Source: Vicinamibacterales bacterium
GTDB taxonomy: Bacteria; Acidobacteriota; Vicinamibacteria; Vicinamibacterales; CAVVIG01
Assembly (NCBI GenBank): GCA_025450765.1
Contig: JANWLS010000199.1
Span: 1-47,909 of the forward strand
Direction of reading: 5' to 3'
DNA length: 47,909 nucleotides
The notes under the pieces are model-generated. The model searched no databases. It worked only from the letters and a program-made list of their open reading frames with translations, and had not been told where the DNA came from. Of the stretch, positions 42,460-47,909 are shown one piece after another. The position numbers and the translations under genes are program-made. Every line of letters begins with the position of its first letter. Position 1 is the first letter of the stretch.

Positions 42460-45240
42460 TTATTTGGGAGCGGGCCCGAGCGTGACCTGCGCGAAGTCGT
42501 CGGGGCGGATCCACTTCTTGAAGGCCGCCTCGATCTGCGGCGCGGTGATGGACAGATAGTGCTGGGCGGCCTGTATCGGCTCGTCGAGCGGCAGGTCGGA
42601 CAGGGAGCGGCCGAGCAGGCCGGCGCCGATCCCGTGCACGCTCGCTTCGGCGAGCGGAATCTGGTTGATGAGGAGCGTCTTGGCCCGATCGAGCTCGATC
42701 GGCGTCACGGGCGCAGTCTGCATCGCCTCGAGATCGCGAATCACGAGCGCGCGCGCTTTCGAGACGTTCTGCGGATCGCAGGCGTAGCTGACCGAGAAGG
42801 TGGAGCGTCGGCGGCCGATACTGAAGTTCGATCCGATGGAGTACACCAGGCCGGCCTGCTCGCGCACGTCGTGGTAGAGCCGCGTGGCGTAGAAGGCGCC
42901 CGACAGCACGTGGTTCCCGGCTTCGAGCGCGTAGTAGTCGGGATTGTCTCTCGTGAGCCCGAGCGTCTCGCCGAGCGTGACCTCGTCCTGTACGCGGCTG
43001 GTGTCGGGCACCACGCTCTCGCCCGAGTGGCTGAGCGGCACCGGCGGCAGCAGCGTGTCCGGTTTCGAGCCGCTCGTCTTCCAATCGCCGAAATATTTTT
43101 CGACGATGGCACGCGCCTGCTCGGGTGTGGTGTTGCCGACCACCACGATCGTCGTCATGTCGGGCCGGAAGATCTGCTGGTAGTACGCCTTCACCTGATC
43201 GAGCGTGACGCTGCTCACGCTGGTCGCGGATGGCTGACGCAGCACCGGATCCGTTTTCGGGTAGAGCAGCGACGCCATCGAGACTTGCGCCAGGTACCCG
43301 GGGCTTTGCCGCTCGCCGGCGATCGCGCCGGCCGTCTGGCGCTGGACGATCTGGAACGCCTGCTGGGGCAGGGCCGGGTGGCGCATGCCGTCAGCGAGCA
43401 GCGCCGCGCCCTGATCGAATTGCGGCGCCAGCACACTCAATGAGAACGACGTGCCCAGCCCCACATCGGCCGCGATATCATCCAGCGCCTTCTGATACTC
43501 GAGGCGGCTCCGCGTGGTCGTGCCGTAGTCGAACAGTCCATCGAGGATATCGGACACGCCCTCTTCACCCTTCGGCGTTTGCAGATCCGCGTTGTGACGG
43601 ATGGCGCCCATGAGCGTCACGGTATCGCTGATCGATTCCGGCTGCACGATCAGGCGGAGCCCGTTGGGCAGGGTGACGTCCGACGGGTGCACGGTGGACG
43701 GCGTGATCGGCGGGACCTCGGTGATGTGCTCGGCCCAGTCCGGCAACTCCACCTTGCTCGTCACCTTCGGCGTGAACGACTCGGCGCCCTTGAAGCTGCT
43801 CGACGTGGTCGGCTTGCCGGACGGCTGCGGCGTCAGGACCGCCGTCAGTGCGGTGTCGTTGTTCAGATACGCCCGCGCCACGCGGTTCACATCGTCCAGG
43901 GTGACGTGGCGGACCGCGTCGACGTCCGCCTCGGGCGAGTCCTTGCCTTCGACCGCCACCGCGTCCGACCATTCGCCGGCCAGGCCGGAGACCGAGTTGC
44001 GCCCGAACTCGGCCGAGGCCAGCTCGTGCCGCCGTGCCGCTTCGACGAGATCCGAGGGGACGCCGTTCTTCACATAGCCCGCGATGATGTCCTTCAGCGT
44101 CGGCACGAGGCTGGCGCCGTTGTCACCCTTCGGGAACGCGGCGATCGCGTAGCCCACCGTCGCGATTGGAAACGCGCTCGCGCTGAAGCCCGCCGACAGC
44201 GCCTTGCCGTCGACGCCAAGCGCGTAGAGATCGGCGCGCTCACTGCCGAGCACGTCCGCCAGGATCTCGCCCGCCGCGAAGTCGGGGCTCTTCGAGCCCG
44301 GCAGGCGATAGGCGACCACAGAGAGCCCGTACGGCAGATCGGTGTCGAGCTTGAGATCCTTGGCCGTGAGCGGCTGCAGGTGAACCTCGGGTCTCGCCGG
44401 GACCGTCCGCGACCTGATCGGTCCAAACAGCCGCTTCACCGTGGTGAGCGTCGCGGCTGGATCGACATTGCCGACGATCACGAGGATCGCGTTGTTCGGG
44501 GCGTACCACGTGTCGTAGAACTTCTTGAGCATCTGGCCGGTCGTCTGATCGAACGAGGGCCGCGTGCCGAGGCCGTCGTGCGCGAACGGCGTCCCCGCGA
44601 ACATGTGCGCCAGCAGCTCGGTGTAGAAGACGTAGCCGGGGTTCGACAGATCGGAGGCAACCTCCTGCTCGATGGCGCCGCGCTCCTTCTGCCACAGCTC
44701 GTCGCTGTCGATCACGCCGGCCATCCGGACCGCGCCGATGTGCAGGGCGGTCTCGAGGTCGGCCGAGGGGACGCTGAAGAAGTACTGCGTGACCGTCTGC
44801 TGCGTGTCCGCGTTGAACTCGCCGCCCATGGCCGCCGAGATGGTCGACAGCTGCTCGGCCGAAAGGCCCGGGCTGCCGCGGAACATCATGTGCTCCTGCG
44901 CATGCGCCATGCCCGGAAAGCCATCCGGCGCCTCGTTGGACCCGACGAGATAATTGATTTCGGTGGTCACCACCGGTGCGAGCGGGTCGCGCACGACGAC
45001 GACCTTCAAGCCGTTGTCGAGCGTCGCGCGGAGCGGCGCACCCGGCGTGGCGGCCTGTGACGTTGCCGCTCGCGGCGATTGCACGGCTGGCGACGCCTGC
45101 AGGCCGCGCGAGGTGAGCGACGGCATCGCGAGCACGGCACAGGCGCCGCAGACGGCGAGCGTCAGCAGGCGGCTCACTCGTCGGCCGATCGCGGGCCGGA
45201 TGGATGGATGGGACGTGGAACGCGACAGGCTCATGCGCAT
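42460..45240 (-). CDS. Secreted M16 (insulinase/pitrilysin family) zinc peptidase, two-lobed
   Basis: GMAHAQEHMMFRGS (HxxEH), FNADT, WYAPNNA, TLPNGL, RLYHDVREQAGLVYS; ATG 45240 overlaps the OYE TGA. Confidence 0.92.
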   Translation of the reverse strand: MRMSLSRSTSHPSIRPAIGRRVSRLLTLAVCGACAVLAMPSLTSRGLQASPAVQSPRAATSQAATPGAPLRATLDNGLKVVVVRDPLAPVVTTEINYLVGSNEAPDGFPGMAHAQEHMMFRGSPGLSAEQLSTISAAMGGEFNADTQQTVTQYFFSVPSADLETALHIGAVRMAGVIDSDELWQKERGAIEQEVASDLSNPGYVFYTELLAHMFAGTPFAHDGLGTRPSFDQTTGQMLKKFYDTWYAPNNAILVIVGNVDPAATLTTVKRLFGPIRSRTVPARPEVHLQPLTAKDLKLDTDLPYGLSVVAYRLPGSKSPDFAAGEILADVLGSERADLYALGVDGKALSAGFSASAFPIATVGYAIAAFPKGDNGASLVPTLKDIIAGYVKNGVPSDLVEAARRHELASAEFGRNSVSGLAGEWSDAVAVEGKDSPEADVDAVRHVTLDDVNRVARAYLNNDTALTAVLTPQPSGKPTTSSSFKGAESFTPKVTSKVELPDWAEHITEVPPITPSTVHPSDVTLPNGLRLIVQPESISDTVTLMGAIRHNADLQTPKGEEGVSDILDGLFDYGTTTRSRLEYQKALDDIAADVGLGTSFSLSVLAPQFDQGAALLADGMRHPALPQQAFQIVQRQTAGAIAGERQSPGYLAQVSMASLLYPKTDPVLRQPSATSVSSVTLDQVKAYYQQIFRPDMTTIVVVGNTTPEQARAIVEKYFGDWKTSGSKPDTLLPPVPLSHSGESVVPDTSRVQDEVTLGETLGLTRDNPDYYALEAGNHVLSGAFYATRLYHDVREQAGLVYSIGSNFSIGRRRSTFSVSYACDPQNVSKARALVIRDLEAMQTAPVTPIELDRAKTLLINQIPLAEASVHGIGAGLLGRSLSDLPLDEPIQAAQHYLSITAPQIEAAFKKWIRPDDFAQVTLGPAPK

Positions 45241-46319
45241 CACCTTGGCAGGGGGAGTTGTGCCCGTTCGTATTGTGGCGGCCACGGCACGTCGACGCCG
45301 AGCGCGTGCGCGGCACGGAAAGGCCAGTATGGATCACGCAGCAGTTCGCGCGCGAGAACCACGACATCCGCCTGGCCGGTGCCCAGGATCTGCTCGGCCT
45401 GCACCGGCTCGGTAATCAGGCCGACGGCGCCCGTGGGGATCTGCACCTCGCGGCGGATCGCGTCGGCGAAGGAGACCTGGTAGCCCGGGCCGATCGGGAT
45501 GGCGGCACCTGGCGCGATTCCGCCGCCCGAGCAGTCGATGAGATCGATGCCGATCGCCTTCAGCTCACGGGCGAAGGCAATCGACTGCGGGAGGTCCCAG
45601 CCGCCCTCGATCCAGTCGCTGCCGGAGATCCGCACGAAGATCGGACGGTGCCCGGGCCAGGCGCCGCGCACGGCGCGCGCGACCTCGAGAGGAAACCGCA
45701 TCCGGTTTTCGAGCGACCCGCCGTACTCGTCGTCGCGATGATTCGTGATCGGCGAGAGGAACTCGTGGCAGAGGTAGCCGTGCGCCATGTGCAGTTCGAT
45801 GACGTCGAAGCCGGCGTCTTCGGCCAGGTGGGTCGCGTCAACGAATTCTTTCACGAGTGCGGGGATTTCTTCGCGAGCGATCGGGCGCGGCATCGGGTAG
45901 TGCGGATTGAACGGCCTGGCGCTCGGGGCAATCGGCTCCCAGCCACCGTGTGCCGCATCGACCGCGTGTCCGCCTCTCCATGGCGCATCGGTCGATCCTT
46001 TGCGCCCGGCGTGTGCCAGCTGGACGCCCGCGTGCGCCCCCTGCTCCTTGATGAAGTGCGTGATCCGGCGGAACGCCTCGGCGTGGCGATCGGACCAGAG
46101 GCCTGAATCAGCGGGAGAAATGCGGCCGATCGGGGAAACCGCCGTGGCTTCCACCATCACCAGCGCCGCCCCGCCCACCGCACGGCTGCCGAGGTGGACG
46201 AAGTGCCAGTCGGTCGGCAGCCCATCGTCGCTCGAGTACTGGCACATGGGCGAGACGACGATCCGGTTGCGAAGCTGGACCGAGCGGAAGGTGCAGGGCG
46301 TGAAGAGTCGCGGCGTCAT
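45240..46319 (-). CDS. NADH:flavin oxidoreductase, old yellow enzyme (YqjM/NamA-like)
   Basis: NRIVVSPMCQYS, QLAHAGRK, ELHMAHGYL, NHRDDEYGGSLENRMRF, RELLRDPYW. Confidence 0.94.
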   Translation of the reverse strand: MTPRLFTPCTFRSVQLRNRIVVSPMCQYSSDDGLPTDWHFVHLGSRAVGGAALVMVEATAVSPIGRISPADSGLWSDRHAEAFRRITHFIKEQGAHAGVQLAHAGRKGSTDAPWRGGHAVDAAHGGWEPIAPSARPFNPHYPMPRPIAREEIPALVKEFVDATHLAEDAGFDVIELHMAHGYLCHEFLSPITNHRDDEYGGSLENRMRFPLEVARAVRGAWPGHRPIFVRISGSDWIEGGWDLPQSIAFARELKAIGIDLIDCSGGGIAPGAAIPIGPGYQVSFADAIRREVQIPTGAVGLITEPVQAEQILGTGQADVVVLARELLRDPYWPFRAAHALGVDVPWPPQYERAQLPLPR

Positions 46320-46452
46320 GGCCTGAAGCATTTTAGCGTTGTTGGCCGCCTTTCGCGGGCCGCGCGTCAGCAGGTCGTCGCCGTCGACGCGAACGCTCGA
46401 GTGTGCAAAGCCATTGACCAGCAGATAGAGGGGACGATAAGCTCGAAAAGTG

Positions 46453-46468
46453 GGGCAGGCAATTTGCT
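46453..46468 (+). promoter_or_regulatory. Candidate sigma54 promoter for ispH-shc
   Basis: GGGCAGG-CAAT-TTGCT = GG-N10-GC, about 22 nt before ATG 46490. Confidence 0.45.
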
Positions 46469-46489
46469 GTCCGCTGGTGTGACAACGTT

Positions 46490-47521
46490 ATGGTTCACGA
46501 ACCAGGGCAGAAGTCGAGCATTCCCCTCCTCTCCTCCGGCACGCTGTTACTACCCAGTCCCAGAGGATTCTGCGCCGGTGTGATTCGAGCCATCGAGATC
46601 GTGCGTCTCGCGCTCGAAAAACTCGGCCGGCCGGTATACGTCCGGAAGGAGATCGTCCACAACGCGTACGTGGTGGCTGAGCTGGCGGCGCAGGGGGCCG
46701 TCTTCGTCGACACGCTCGATGAAGTGCCGTCGGGCGCCGTCGTCGTCTTCAGCGCGCATGGCGTGTCGCCCGAAGTGCGCGCGGATGCGGCGCGCCGCGA
46801 GCTCCAGATCATCGACGCCACGTGTCCGCTCGTCACGAAGGTGCACCTCGAAGCCGTGCGCTATGCGCGCAGCGGCTACACGATTGTCCTCGTCGGTCAC
46901 CGCGATCACGACGAGGTCGAAGGCACGGTGGGCGAGGCGCCCACGGCCATTCACGTCATCTCCTCGGCGGATGAAGTCGATCGCCTGGACGTGCCGGATC
47001 CGACGCGCGTGGTCTATCTCACCCAGACGACCCTCAGCATGGACGACACGGCGGAGATCGTGGCGCGGCTGAAGGTACGCTTTCCGGCGATCGTCGCGCC
47101 GCCGGACCAGGACATCTGCTACGCCACGCAGAACCGGCAGACGGCCGTCAAGCTGATCGCCCCGCGCGCGGATCTCATTCTCGTCGTCGGGGCGCACAAC
47201 AGCTCGAATTCCAACCGGCTCGTCGAGGTCGCCGAGCGCGCCGGTACGCGCGCGCACCTGATCGGATCGGTCGAGGACATCCGGCCGGAATGGCTCGAAG
47301 GGTGCCGCCGCATCGGCGTGACGGCCGGCGCCTCCACGCCGGAAGTGCTCGTGGAACAGGTCGTCGCCGAGCTCCGTGCGTGGGGCTGCGAGACCGTCGA
47401 GCCGGTCGAAGTGGTCCGGGAGAACGTGCGATTCAGTCTGCCGCCGCAGCTCCGGCAGCACGAGGCGCTCGCCTCAGCGGGTGCGGCCGGTCTTCACCAT
47501 CATGGCAACGACGAGCCCTGA
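46490..47521 (+). CDS. ispH: 4-hydroxy-3-methylbut-2-enyl diphosphate reductase
   Basis: PRGFCAGV, EIVHN, SAHGV, DATCPLVTKVH, TQTTLS, DICYATQNRQ, NSSNSNRL, TAGASTP. Confidence 0.97.
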   Translation: MVHEPGQKSSIPLLSSGTLLLPSPRGFCAGVIRAIEIVRLALEKLGRPVYVRKEIVHNAYVVAELAAQGAVFVDTLDEVPSGAVVVFSAHGVSPEVRADAARRELQIIDATCPLVTKVHLEAVRYARSGYTIVLVGHRDHDEVEGTVGEAPTAIHVISSADEVDRLDVPDPTRVVYLTQTTLSMDDTAEIVARLKVRFPAIVAPPDQDICYATQNRQTAVKLIAPRADLILVVGAHNSSNSNRLVEVAERAGTRAHLIGSVEDIRPEWLEGCRRIGVTAGASTPEVLVEQVVAELRAWGCETVEPVEVVRENVRFSLPPQLRQHEALASAGAAGLHHHGNDEP

Positions 47522-47909
47522 ACGGAGCCACCCACCCGAGGCGTGGGAGGCGCCGCCGTCGGACGGTTTGACCGAACGCCTCCGCGAGGCGATCGAGCGA
47601 GCGGTCGACTTTCTGCTGGAGCGACAGTCCCAGGATGGCTACTGGCTGGGCGAGCTCGAAGCGGATACCACCCTCGAATCCGACTACATCTTCTATCTGC
47701 ACGTGCTCGGCCGGGCCGACGAGGAGCGGATTGGCAAGCTCGCCAACTACATCCGCCGGCGGCAGCTGCCCGACGGCGGCTGGAACATCTACGAGGACGG
47801 GCCCTCGGAGATCGACGCCACCGTCAAAGGGTATCTCGCGCTGAAGCTCGCGGGCGACGACGTCCAGACGCCGCACATGATCGCGGCGCGCGATCGTGTC
47901 CTGGCGCTC
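47502..47909 (+). CDS. shc: Squalene-hopene cyclase, 5' part (runs off window)
   Basis: Not in ORF track; manual translation: AIERAVDFLLERQSQDGYWLGELEADTTLESDYI...RQLPDGGWNIYEDGPSEIDATVKGYLALKLAG (QW motifs). Confidence 0.93.
   Translation, partial: MATTSPERSHPPEAWEAPPSDGLTERLREAIERAVDFLLERQSQDGYWLGELEADTTLESDYIFYLHVLGRADEERIGKLANYIRRRQLPDGGWNIYEDGPSEIDATVKGYLALKLAGDDVQTPHMIAARDRVLAL

Overview
High-GC bacterial chromosomal window, most consistent with Acidobacteriota (two orphan ADOP-type permeases, Oar-like TonB receptor, DUF1592/DUF1552 cassettes, shc); this taxonomy is inferred. No rRNA, tRNA, CRISPR array, transposase or prophage was seen. The centre (7.9-27.5 kb) is a roughly 19 kb co-oriented locus of predicted exported proteins. 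It has three tandem paralogous cassettes of [tri-heme DUF1592-type cytochrome c protein] - [Tat-exported DUF1552/HxxSHH protein, missing from cassette 2] - [exported ankyrin protein ending in H-K-C-x-S-C-G], with a PCYCGC metal-binding protein upstream and a mono-heme CxxCH protein downstream. This is the best candidate for an uncharacterised periplasmic metallo-redox system, and the paralogues show mosaic, loop-restricted divergence. Other points of interest: a coupled PLP decarboxylase + ATP-grasp ligase pair, a REP-like repeat sitting in frame inside that ligase, a tandem double-YjbQ protein, a CLC with a non-canonical filter preceded by an in-frame uORF, several leaderless-type starts, and sigma54-like promoters. 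The flanks carry a 2-oxoacid oxidoreductase alpha subunit with a GltD-like flavoprotein, a fused E1 alpha/beta dehydrogenase, OYE, M16 peptidase, DLH, MarR, ispH and the 5' part of squalene-hopene cyclase. All family calls come from motif recognition by eye, not from database searches.
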